64,000 nt of DNA. Origin: Lama guanicoe. Taxonomy: Eukaryota. The notes under the pieces are model-generated. The model had not been told where the DNA came from. It did no database searches and was given only the letters and a program-made list of their open reading frames with translations. Where the stretch lies: assembly GCA_013239625.1 (NCBI GenBank), contig MU056000.1, forward strand, positions 11,049,175-11,113,174, written 5' to 3'. Positions 1 through 10,230 of the stretch are shown here, one piece after another (within the stretch, counting starts at the first letter, position 1; each line of letters opens with the position of its first letter). Both the position numbers and the translations under genes were made by a program.

Positions 1-730
1 ATCAGTATTAATAGTAGTATCTGTATTAATGCTGATCTTGAGAAATCTGCTTTCTATTTATCTTAAAGTAATAAATGTTTAATACAACAAATGCTTTATG
101 TTATTGAAAAAGGCTGCATTTACATAGTGCCAAACATATTTTTTCCAAATTGCGTAGTTAAGATAAATAATTTATTGCAACTGGTTATCACATAGGTTTT
201 GTTTCAGTCTCACATCCTCAAAATTGTTATTTTATTAAAAATAAATAGATCAACAAGTTGTTTTACTGGTGTGTATTTTCCGCCTGAGATAATTTTATCT
301 TGTGTCATGATGGCAGTAGGATCCTAACTCAAGAGCTTCATGTGTCTCCACATTGAGGGTTCAGACACACACAGGTTTTCTAGTATGTTTTGGGGGCTGA
401 CAAGAAAGGGCCTTCTCTGTACAAGAAAGAGCTTCTGGGAGAAAGAATATCCTTTGGGAAAGATAAAGTAAAAGAGTATGAAATTTGTTCCTAACAATGG
501 ATTAGTGACAGGAGGGAGAGGGCAATCTGACTGCACTGCTCAGACTTCTCTGTGAACGGTGGAAGGTTCACTGTTCTTGGGTCCACATGATGACAACTGG
601 ACAGGATGCTGAGGGAATGCAGCCTTCAGTTCAAAGGGTGCAGTGCTGGGAGGCCAGTGCACGAGAAGTAGGGCCACAATGGCCCAAGTCCAGAGCCCGC
701 CTAGCCAACGTGGGAGGAGAAGTCCCTTCC

Positions 731-1332
731 CAGGGCCTCCGTGTGCATCCGCACAGATTATGCGCCTTATGGCAGGCTGAATAACGCCCTCCCCAAAGAT
801 GTCCACATCCAAACCCCCTAAACCTATGAATATGTCACCTTACATGGTAAGAGGAACTTTGTAGAAGTATTTAAACTAAAGATCTTGAGATGGTGTGATG
901 ATCCTGGACTGAATGTAATCACAAAGCTCCTTTTAAGAGGGAAGCAGGAAGGTCAGAGTCAGAAGGGGAAGATGCAAGGGAGGAAGTAGAGGTCAGAGAA
1001 AAGATGCTACGATGCTGGCTTTGAAGGTGAAAGAAGGAGCCCCGAGTCAAGGTATACAGGCAGCTCCTAGAAACTAGAAAAATGAGGAAGCAGATTTCCC
1101 CCTAGAGCCTTCAGAAGCATGGACTCCTTGACTTTTTGATTTCTGGCCCATGAAAATGATTTTGGACTTCTGACTCACAGAAGTGTAAGATAATAAATCA
1201 GTATTGTTTTAATTCCCTAAATGTGTGGTACTCTGTTATACAGCAATACATGCACATCCACATGTCATGCTTCAGGGGCTGCCATCCGCATGGACACTGA
1301 TCTGAGTGGTGCTTCCTGAAACTAGGCAGTGT
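731..1332. mobile_element. MER91-like DNA element split by the MLT1 LTR (pieces ~731-768 and ~1250-1332)
   Basis: CAGGGC..GTGCA..GCACAGATTATGC and GGGGCTGCCATCCGCATGGAC..GAGTGGTGC resemble the recalled MER91 consensus on either side of the LTR. Confidence 0.4.
769..1249 (+). mobile_element. MaLR LTR (MLT1D-like)
   Basis: GGCAGGCTGAATAA..CCCCAAAGATGTCCACATCC..GAATATGTCACCTTACATGG; 3' GGACTTCTGAC..GTAAGATAATAAAT..GTTTTAA..GTGGTA..GTTATACAGCAATA. Confidence 0.85.
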
Positions 1333-3442
1333 GGCTTTCCCTCTAGGCACCAGGTGGGGGAAAGGGGGAAACTGTGCTGTGCTGAGTGACTCGAGGACTC
1401 AAGTTGTATGCTCCTGGAAGCCTCATCCTCCTTCCATTACTTACTCTCCACCCTCACCTCCACCCTCTGGAGGCCCTCATCTGCATCCGGGCAATCAGGA
1501 AGCAGGTGTTGGGTCCTTCCCAGGTACCACCGCACCATCTTCCCAACCTACACGCACCCAGACCCAGATGGAGGTGAGGCTATTATCTAACTGAAAAGCC
1601 AGGAAAGCCACCAGCAAGAGTGTCAGATGGGAAGACACAAACTAAGGACCATACCTACTGAACTCATTTCCTTGGAGGAGGAGAAATGTCTCATGGTGTG
1701 TCTGCAGGGAGTTTCAGGGGAACCCTCTCTTTCTCCCAAAGTCCTCCATCCCTTTGGTCCTTCTTGTCCTTCTACATTTCCACTTCAGACCCATTGTGTC
1801 TCTGTCTGATGATCCAATCCACTTCCTCAAAAACCCCCACTAGACCTACCTGCAAAGGAGCCCTGGCCTGCGCTCCTAGCATGGGATCTGCAGACTCTCA
1901 CTCGTCAGGTGATAGGTAGATGCTTCCCTTGGCCTGGCTCATTATTTCTCCAAGAGAATCCAGCGGGGCTGTGGTCCCCAACACAGAAGGGATGGCAGAT
2001 GCTCTGAAGCCACTTTGGTGTCACTGACAACACAGAATGAGGTCCCTTGGCCCCCAAGCAAACATACCTTGGCCCACGTTCATTTTTTTTTTCTCTTAAG
2101 AAGCACTCAGTCCAAAAGCATGTGGGGCAAGGTCTTTTCACAGCCAACACGAGGACCCTACTCCCCAGGTAGGCATCACAAAAGTGTGCTGGGCCAAAGA
2201 GTCAGTACCTCATGGCCATGACTGCTTTCATTATCAAGGTCCCTGATTAGCAGAGAATAATCCAGACACAGCCTTATGGGTTTTGTGGCACCATCTCCAT
2301 AGATTGCTTCCAACTCCCCAACTTCTCTCTTGTTAGAAGTAGGGGGGGGGTGTCTCAGTAACTGACCCTGAGAAGAAGCAGCAGAGCACAGGGAATTTGA
2401 ATTGGTAGGCTTAACATGGAGCTAGAGGAGTTAGACTACGTGCTCAGATGCAACACCCCCCCGATAATCACTTTCCGAACTGGCTGGGAAGAATTTAAGG
2501 GAGGCTCAATTTCTTGCAATCCTGTGGGCAAGTCCTGAGTCAGAGAAATACTTCTTCTTGTTGTTATTTCAAACGTGCTTTTCCTCCAGGCTGTTATATT
2601 CTCAAGAAACATATGGCAAATATGTTATCTTTCACAAAGAACCGGTAAATCTAATTGTTTGCAATTTGTTTCCTTTTTTTTTATTTTCCTCCATTTTTAT
2701 TCATTGTAAGAACATAATGTAATAACAATAAAAGAAGTTAAAACTGAGGGAAATTACCCAGAAATCTGCCTAGGAAAGCAGTTCTTTTATTTTCCAAGTT
2801 CCCTCCCAGGAATTATCTATATGCTGGCAAGACAGTTCTTTGCTACTTCCCAGAAAGATTTAGAGAAAGACAGAGCTCTGCTTCTAAAAAGTTATGAGAC
2901 ATTGGCCACATCACTTAAAATTTGGGGTATCAGTTTTCTCCTATTTAAAGTGAAAAAAATTGGACTAGTTGATTTTTAACAGATCTTTCTAGTTTTAAAG
3001 TTATTTGTACTTCTATCCTTGCAACAGAATGAGTCTTACTTTGAAGCGTCATGTTTGGAGAACTGGACATTTTTAAAGGCTGAGAGAATCATACTGGCAA
3101 GTGAAGATGGCAATTAGCACCACCACAAACAATAGACAGGACCAGAAACTGAAACTTGATAGTAAACTTCTGATAAACATACTTTAAAATAACTGCTTAT
3201 TTTGTTCTAATTCTAGAATTTCCCAAACTTGTTTGCAAGGCCTAATGTTTTTCTAACTGCAGCTTAGCCTTTTGTCATGAGCTAAAGGTAAGTATGCCTT
3301 CAACAACAGGCCAGTGCAGGGACAACAGCTACTTTGGTCATTGGCCACAGAAATACTGTATTAATGTCATTAAAAATCAAAGAATGACGTTCTTCTTTCT
3401 ACAATTTTGTGGTTGATTTGCTATGCAGTTTGGAATGGCACT

Positions 3443-3802
3443 TGCCTTCATCCGTTTTGGCTGCTTTAGCAAAAATATCATGGACTGGGTGGCTTAAATG
3501 ACAAATATTTATTTCTCACAGTTCTGGAAGCTGGGATCAAGGTGCTGACGGATCCAGTGTCTGGTGAGCCTCTTCCTGGTGTGCAGACAGCCTTCTTCTG
3601 GTTGTATTCTCAGATGGTGGAGAGCACAGAGAGGAAGCCAGCTCTCCCCTGTCTCTTCTAATAAGGGCACTAATCCTGTTCATGAGGGTTCCATCCTCAC
3701 AACCTAATTACCTCCCAAAGGCCCCACCTTTTAATTCCATCATACTGGGGTTAGCATTTCAGCAAATGAATTTGGGAGGGTACCCAAATATTGAGTTAAT
3801 AA
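3443..3802 (-). mobile_element. MaLR LTR (MLT1A-like)
   Basis: GACTGGGTGGCTTAA..TTTATTTCTCACAGTTCTGGAAGCTGGGA..AAGGGCACTAATCC..ACCTAATTACCTCCCAAAGGCCCCACC. Confidence 0.85.
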
Positions 3803-5619
3803 CCAAGCTGGACCGAGGTAGCTGTTATCCCTCTACTGGCCTGATGTTGAAGGCACACTGACCTTTAGTCTGCTTTTGCTACTACTTGGAACAAAGACAT
3901 TCTGGCAATAAGTATGGGATCTTATTTTAAAAAGATGAAAATAACAGTTGGTACAAATCTCCCAAGTGCTTTTTCAGGCCACTGAGTATTTCCTCTCCCC
4001 AGCAATTTGAAGAGAACACACACTTAAATAGATGGATCACAGACACAGCCTAGGGCACAGCTTCCGTCAGTAAAGCTGGTCTTAAGCCTCATGTGCTGCA
4101 AGACTTTCTACACTGGAAACGAAAACATGGGAGACACCGAGCCAGGTTATTATCCTGTAATACTGACCATTTGTGAGTTACATTATATATGGGCATTATA
4201 TATCAGAACCGGGTCTTCACTTGGCATGGTTCAGGATTAATGCAGATTACATCTCAGTTACCAAAGAATCGTGCAAAGCAAGGACACAGTTCCACATGCA
4301 GAGAGTTTAGATAACGTGGCGCCACACAAAGTGAGAGTTGCCTGTACTGCAATCCAGACACTTTATTGCGACCTGATGAACTTGCAGTATACACATAAGA
4401 TTTACCAGCATTATCAGTCACTGTTCTGATCAGAGGTGTGAGGTCTGCAAACAGGACTAACGGCATGGTGAGGGTCATCTTAGTTTCACTACCAAGCCGC
4501 GTTTTCTCTCTTCACATATGAGCTTTGGCAATGTCTTGGATGTTATAATGCCCGTGATGCTTTTGGTGAAACACTTTGGGATTGTGTAAACTTGGTGATT
4601 ATAATAAAATAAAGAAATGTATTATACTCCAAATGGCAAATAAACTAGAATTAAAATGCCAACTTGGAGCACTGTGTTGAGAAGCATTCTGAGGTCCAAC
4701 GTGGATCCCATGGGAAAAAGCATATAACTGAGAAGCTATAGATTTTGTTGACCGTGGGGAATACACGCCACATATTTGCTATTCTTGTATGAGTCACATG
4801 ATTATATTATTATGTATTGTAGTAATGGTAAATCAGCTTCTAACAGAAATGCTGTTTATAAAACACAGGTAGAGAGTTCTAGTGGGATTCAGAACACATC
4901 CATGTACCTTCAGATACAGCAAACTCTGTATCTCAGGCTGCAGAGACTGAGAAAAGTATCTTGTATGTATTGATGGTGGGTTAAGGATCAAATCCAACTG
5001 AATTCAGCCCAGGGACTCTTAAAGTAGTTGTAATATGGCAATGGAGGTTCTATAACTTTTTTTTCTTTTACCTTAAATGTCACTATTTTATTTCAAATTT
5101 TTTGTAAACAAATAGAACGTTTAAGACTGAGGAGAACACTTATGTCCATGGAAATGACCTATTTACCCAGGTCGCAGTGCTAATAACGTTTATGCTCCAC
5201 CTGAACACAATCTCCCAGACTCTACTCCGGCATCCCTTCCTGCATTACAAGGTCAGAAAACCCAGTTGGGCATCACTTTGTTAACATACTTGCTTTCTGT
5301 TTTTGTATTGCCCTTCTTGGTAGCTATATACCTAAACATCATAGTCTGAGGCAAACTGAATCAACAAGCAAAATAAAATAAAACAGTACTTCTACTCTCC
5401 CACCACTTTCACCTGATTACTCTGTACTTTTTAATTTGTGCATCCTTGCTCAGCCCCTGAACTGTCTGAGAATAAACTTGAGTAAATTTGTTTTAAGTTT
5501 TACAATTTGTGTCTGCATTCACTTCATTCCATACAGTTTCCAATTTCCTGTTTCATAACTATTTTGGGGAAGTTATGGGAAGTTTGGCTCCAGTTCAGAC
5601 TGAACGTCCACAGTTCAAT

Positions 5620-5877
5620 GGCTCCGGCAGCACTGCCTGGGGGCGGGGCCTCTGCTGTGCCGCCTGCTCTGCGCTCCCATTGGCTGGCGGGGCCCGGAGG
5701 CCGCACGGCCTGGGGGCGGGGCCTCCGCTGACCCACTTGCGCTGAGCTTCCATTGGCTGGCAGGGGTCGAGCCCGCCTCCCCCACCGCTGCGGGAGCGCG
5801 CCTTCCGCCTGAGGGCTTGTCTCCCGCAGGCGCCTGACCCGGCCTGAGTGTCCTCACCGAGCCGGAGCTTCCACTCT
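5620..5877 (+). promoter_or_regulatory. Orphan CpG-rich promoter-like region with two GC-box + inverted CCAAT modules
   Basis: GGGGCGGGGCCTC followed by CCATTGGCTGG occurs twice (~5640-5687 and ~5713-5760). CpG-dense DNA continues to ~6300. Confidence 0.65.
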
Positions 5878-6002
5878 GGGACAGTGTGGGGTCGAATCCA
5901 CACTGACGGAAGCCTGGTCTCCTCAGGACCCACTGGAGCTTCGGCACCACAGGGGGTCAAGTCCCCTTGACCTGGTCTCCTCAAGACCTGACGGAAGGAA
6001 AG
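5830..6002 (+). other. Candidate non-coding exon
   Basis: Acceptor-like TTGTCTCCCGCAG|G (AG 5828-5829) and donor AAG|GTGAGG (GT 6003-6004), directly downstream of the promoter motifs. No recognisable protein product. Confidence 0.4.
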
Positions 6003-6122
6003 GTGAGGAGGAAGGAAGAGTGAAGGAATTGGGTAGACGCTTCCGGTGAGGGGCTGACGCTGCGGGGGTCGGTCCTCAGAGGCCCGGGGAGAGGAAGGGC
6101 TGGATGTGGGAACCCGCCGGGC

Positions 6123-6636
6123 GGACAGGGAGCTGCGCGCTTCTTGGCGTGTGGTGTCCGGTCTTCCCAGCGCCGCTCACTGCGGGGACCGTCCGTTCCT
6201 CGAGCAGGTTCCTGGCGCCTTTCCTGTGGGCTAACTGACCACGTTCCCCTCGGGTTATTTCTGGGCACTCCGTTCCATTCCCATGGCATGTGTGCCGGTT
6301 TTGGTACCAATCCCACACTTCTTTGGTGACTATACCCTCGTAATGTAGGTTGAAGTCAAGGAGGGAGAGGCCTCCAGCCTGTTATCTTTTGTTAGGGTGG
6401 CTTTGCTACTTGAGGTCCTTCGTGGCTCCACACAAATGTTAAGATTGTCTGTTCTCTTTCTGTGAAAAACGTCACTGCATGAATGCGTACACGCTCTGGG
6501 TGGAAGGGACAGTTTAACAATGTTTTTTCAGCCATGAGCTCAGGCTGTCGTACTATTTATTTGTGTCTGTTCAGCTTCTTTCATCAGTGTCTTACAGTTT
6601 TTAGCGTGCAGGTCTTTTCGCGTCCTTGGTTAAATT
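6123..6636 (-). mobile_element. Old LINE-1 ORF2 remnant, strongly GC/CpG-shifted (second copy ~7576-8085)
   Basis: Colinear with antisense L1 ORF2 3' sequence (TTCCCAGC.., TTATTTCTGGG, TTGAAGTCA, TTCTGTGAAAAA, TCTTTCATCAGTGT, CCTTGGTTAAATTT) and with the in-window L1 fragment at ~15270-15570. Confidence 0.75.
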
Positions 6637-7323
6637 TTTACAATTTCGTGTTTATTCTATTTGTAGTTCATGGTAGTTATCTCCTTTCCAGTTATGAGTT
6701 TCTCATTTTTGTAGCATCCTGCTCCTTTTCTATTTAGAGTAGACCTGTCAATATTTCTTTTAGCATGGGTTTAGTGTTGCTAAACTCTTTCACTTTTTGC
6801 TTGTCTGTTAAGTTCTTTTATCTCTCCTTCTATTCTAAACGATAGCCTTGCTGGATAAAGTATCCTAGGCTGCATCTTTTTTTCATTCAGGATTTTGAAT
6901 ATATCTTGCCACTCCCTTCTGGCCTATAGTGTTTGTGTAGAGAAATCAGCTGAGAGCCTTATGGGGGTTCCCTTGTAACTCACTGTTTTTCTCTTGCTGC
7001 GTTTAGGATCATTTCTTTATCCTTGACTCTGGCCATCTTGATTATGATATGTCTTGGTGTGGTTCTGTTTGGGACCCTCTGAGCCTCCTATACTTGGATA
7101 TCTGATTCCTTCTTTAGGTTTGGGAAGTTTTCAGTCATGATTTCTTCTAATACCTTTTCAATCCCCTTTGTTCTTTCTGCCCCTTCTGGAACCCTTATTA
7201 TGACATTGTTTTTGTTTTTCTCTCAGCTATTCTTATTGGGTGCTTTCTGTTGTCCTGTCTTCTAGGTCACTTACTCGTTCCTCTGCATTATCTAGCCTGC
7301 TTTGTACAGCCTTTAGTTCAGCT
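6637..7323 (-). mobile_element. Duplicated 3' part of L1 ORF1 plus inter-ORF spacer, with internal deletions
   Basis: Copy of ~8086-8840 lacking a 14-bp segment between CTGTTTGGG repeats (~7070) and a larger segment (~7200). Confidence 0.85.
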
Positions 7324-8085
7324 CAGCTGAGGGACAGTGTGGGGTCGAATCCACACTGACGGAAGCCTGGTCTCCTCAGGACCCACTGGAGCTTCGGCAC
7401 CACAGGGGGTCAAGTCCCCTTGACCTGGTCTCCTCAAGACCTGACGGAAGGAAAGGTGAGGAGGAAGGAAGAGTGAAGGAATTGGGTAGACGCTTCCGGT
7501 GAGGGGCTGACGCTGCGGGGGTCGGTCCTCAGAGGCCCGGGGAGAGGAAGGGCTGGATGTGGGAACCCGCCGGGCCGACAGGGAGCTGCGCGCTTCTTGG
7601 CGTGTGGTGTCCGGTCTTCCCAGCGCCGCTCACTGCGGGGACCGTCCGTTCCTCGAGCAGGTTCCTGGCGCCTTTCCTGTGGGCTAACTGACCACGTTCC
7701 CCTCGGGTTATTTCTGGGCACTCCGTTCCATTCCCATGGCATGTGTGCCGGTTTTGGTACCAATCCCACACTTCTTTGGTGACTATACCCTCGTAATGTA
7801 GGTTGAAGTCAAGGAGGGAGAGGCCTCCAGCCTGTTATCTTTTGTTAGGGTGGCTTTGCTACTTGAGGTCCTTCGTGGCTCCACACAAATGTTAAGATTG
7901 TCTGTTCTCTTTCTGTGAAAAACGTCACTGCATGAATGCGTACACGCTCTGGGTGGAAGGGACAGTTTAACAATGTTTTTTTCAGCCATGGGCTCAGGTG
8001 GTCGTACTATTTATTTGTATCAGCTTCTTTCATCAGTGTCTTACAGTTTTTAGCGTGCAGGTCTTTTCGCGTCCTTGGTTAAATT

Positions 8086-10207
8086 TTTACAATTTCGTGT
8101 TTATTCTATTTGTAGTTCATGGTAGTTATCTCCTTTCCAGTTATGAGTTTCTCATTTTTGTAGCATCCTGCTCCTTTTCTATTTAGAGTAGACCTGTCAA
8201 TATTTCTTTTAGCATGGGTTTAGTGTTGCTAAACTCTTTCACTTTTTGCTTGTCTGTTAAGTTCTTTTATCTCTCCTTCTATTCTAAACGATAGCCTTGC
8301 TGGATAAAGTATCCTAGGCTGCATCTTTTTTTCATTCAGGATTTTGAATATATCTTGCCACTCCCTTCTGGCCTATAGTGTTTGTGTAGAGAAATCAGCT
8401 GAGAGCCTTATGGGGGTTCCCTTGTAACTCACTGTTTTTCTCTTGCTGCGTTTAGGATCATTTCTTTATCCTTGACTCTGGCCATCTTGATTATGATATG
8501 TCTTGGTGTGGTTCTGTTTGGGTTCTTCCTGTTTGGGACCCTCTGAGCCTCCTATACTTGGATATCTGATTCCTTCTTTAGGTTTGGGAAGTTTTCAGTC
8601 ATGATTTCTTCTAATACCTTTTCAATCCCCTTTGTTCTTTCTGCCCCTTCTGGAACCCTTATTATGTGTAGATTGGCACACTTTATATTATCCCATAAGT
8701 CCCTTATATTGTTTTCATTGTTTTTTATTTGTTTTTCTCTCAGCTATTCTGATTGGGTGCTTTCTGTTGTCCTGTCTTCTAGGTCACTTACTCGTTCCTC
8801 TGCATTATCTAGCCTGCTTTGTACAGCCTTTAGTTCAGCTGTCATCTCAGCAAATGAGTTTACCAATTCTGCTTGGCTCTTTATAGCTTCAGTTTCATTT
8901 TGACATATTTTATATCTCTAAACACTATCTCTTTTAGTTCGTTCAGCACTTCGATCACTCCTTTTTTGAAATCTTGATCTAGTAGGCCATCAATGTCTAT
9001 TTCCCTGATTGTACTTTCAGGGGATTTCTCTTGATCTTTTAATTGGGAGTGGTTCCTCTGCTTCCTATTGCTCATATCTCTCTGGCACTGTGGCTGGTGG
9101 GTGGGCGGGTCACTCCTCCTCCTGATGCCACAGTCAGATGCTGCGCTCAGGAGAGGCAGGTGGGCGGATCACGCCCCCTCCAAGCACTGTGGTCAGGAGT
9201 TGTGTTCCTGCCAGGAAGGCGGGGGGTGGCGCCTGCCCTCTCCTGGCACCAGTCGCTCCGCTGCTCTGTGCAGCTGCCCACTCCACCTCTGGTTGGCACT
9301 CCATAGGCTGGCTCTGGGAAGACCGCAGAACGGCCCCACCCCTGGTCGGTGCCAAATCTCAGCTCCTTGTTTGTCTTGGTGGCATGAGTTCTCTGAGGTG
9401 CCAGGGCAGAAAGATCCTATCTGCCTCAGGCTATAAACAAGTCTCAGTCCTGCCTAGGAGGTTGCAGAGCTCCCGGGTACAGATTCAGGTCTTGGCCCCG
9501 CCCCTAGCCCAGGCGCTGTGCACAGGAGGAGATGGGACTGTGGCTGGGCCACGCCACTCTTCCCCTGGGAAGCACTAGTAGTGGCGCCAAGGGTCTGAGG
9601 AGACAAATGCTATGGTGCCCCTCCCTCCAGGGCACACCAGCCATGTTGCTTTGCTTTTTTCTGTAATTTATGGGGGACCGAGGTTGTTCTGCTCCATATC
9701 CCCTCCCATCCACGGGGCACAGCACCCTGCAGTCCCCCAGGGCTGCCTCAGTGCAGCCACCCCAGTACTCCGCCTGGTTTGGGCAGCCTGTCCAGGCCCC
9801 CAGCTGCTGGCTCGCATCTTGAGCTGAGTGTCACAGGGACCTTTTGTGCTGGTTTAACTTAGTTCTGTCAGTCAAGGGGTGTTCAGGGCAGATCTGAGCC
9901 TCGGAGGCTCCCCCTCCATCCCGTTGGCCTCTCCGTTGAGGGGGGAGGTTCAGTGAAGGAGCGCTAGTCCTCCTTTGCTGCTCCCTCCCCACGGGACTGG
10001 TCCTGCACTGTTTTGTTTTTTCTTCTTTCTTTTTCCCTTTTCTCCTACCAGATTTTTGGTGTCTTTGTCTTTTGAAGAGGGTGATGTTCTGTCGAAGTTC
10101 GTCAGGTGCTCTGGTTGGCTGAGTAGGTCTGTAGATGTTAGTTTTGGTGTATTTGTGGGAGAGGGTGAGCTACGAGTGTCCTACTCCGCCATCTTGCGTC
10201 TCTCCTC
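8086..10207 (-). mobile_element. Relatively young LINE-1: 5' UTR, ORF1 and spacer; ORF2 and 3' end missing
   Basis: The minus strand starts GAGGAGAGACGCAAGATGGCGGAGTAG with a YY1-type site (CGCCATCTTG at 10187-10196), then a GC-rich 5' UTR, then ORF1 homology. Confidence 0.9.
8183..9075 (-). pseudogene. Disrupted L1 ORF1p
   Basis: Translates as MSNRKQRNHSQLKDQEKSPE..., then after a frameshift near 8900 ...SRLDNAEERVSDLEDR..(stop)..NIRDLWDNIKCANLHIIRVPEG... ending KPMLKEILTGLL*. These are typical L1 ORF1p motifs. Confidence 0.88.
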
Positions 10208-10230
10208 TCTATGATCTTTTTCTCACAAGA

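Larger units (their letters stand above)
5878..8840. repeat. Tandem duplication: copy 1 5878-7323, copy 2 7331-8840
   Basis: Near-identical sequence at an offset of 1453 bp (GGGACAGTGTGGGGTCGAATCC at 5878 and 7331). Both copies end in TTTAGTTCAGCT. 7-nt junction CAGCTGA at 7324-7330. The copies differ by small indels. Confidence 0.97.

Noticed and set aside
4250..4620. Possible processed pseudogene or terminal exon ending in AATAAA
   Set aside because: No recognisable translation, polyA tail or TSD.
5049..5064. TCTATAACTTTTTTTT as a left TSD matching TCTATGATCTTTTT (10208-10221), which would make 5.06-10.2 kb one retrotransposed unit
   Set aside because: The match is short, imperfect and low-complexity, so it is insufficient without an orthologous empty site.
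5903..6001. Hammerhead ribozyme suggested by CTGACGG..GAAA and nearby stems
   Set aside because: The core needs CUGANGA but the sequence is CUGACGG, and I could not build the three-stem junction.
5981..7782. Duplicated 111/80/61-aa ORFs
   Set aside because: They recur only because of the tandem duplication and lie in GC-shifted L1-derived DNA. At most a decayed ORF2 trace, not a gene.
9043..10214. Several + strand ORFs of about 70-146 aa
   Set aside because: They fall in the GC-rich L1 5' UTR read antisense and resemble no protein I recognise.
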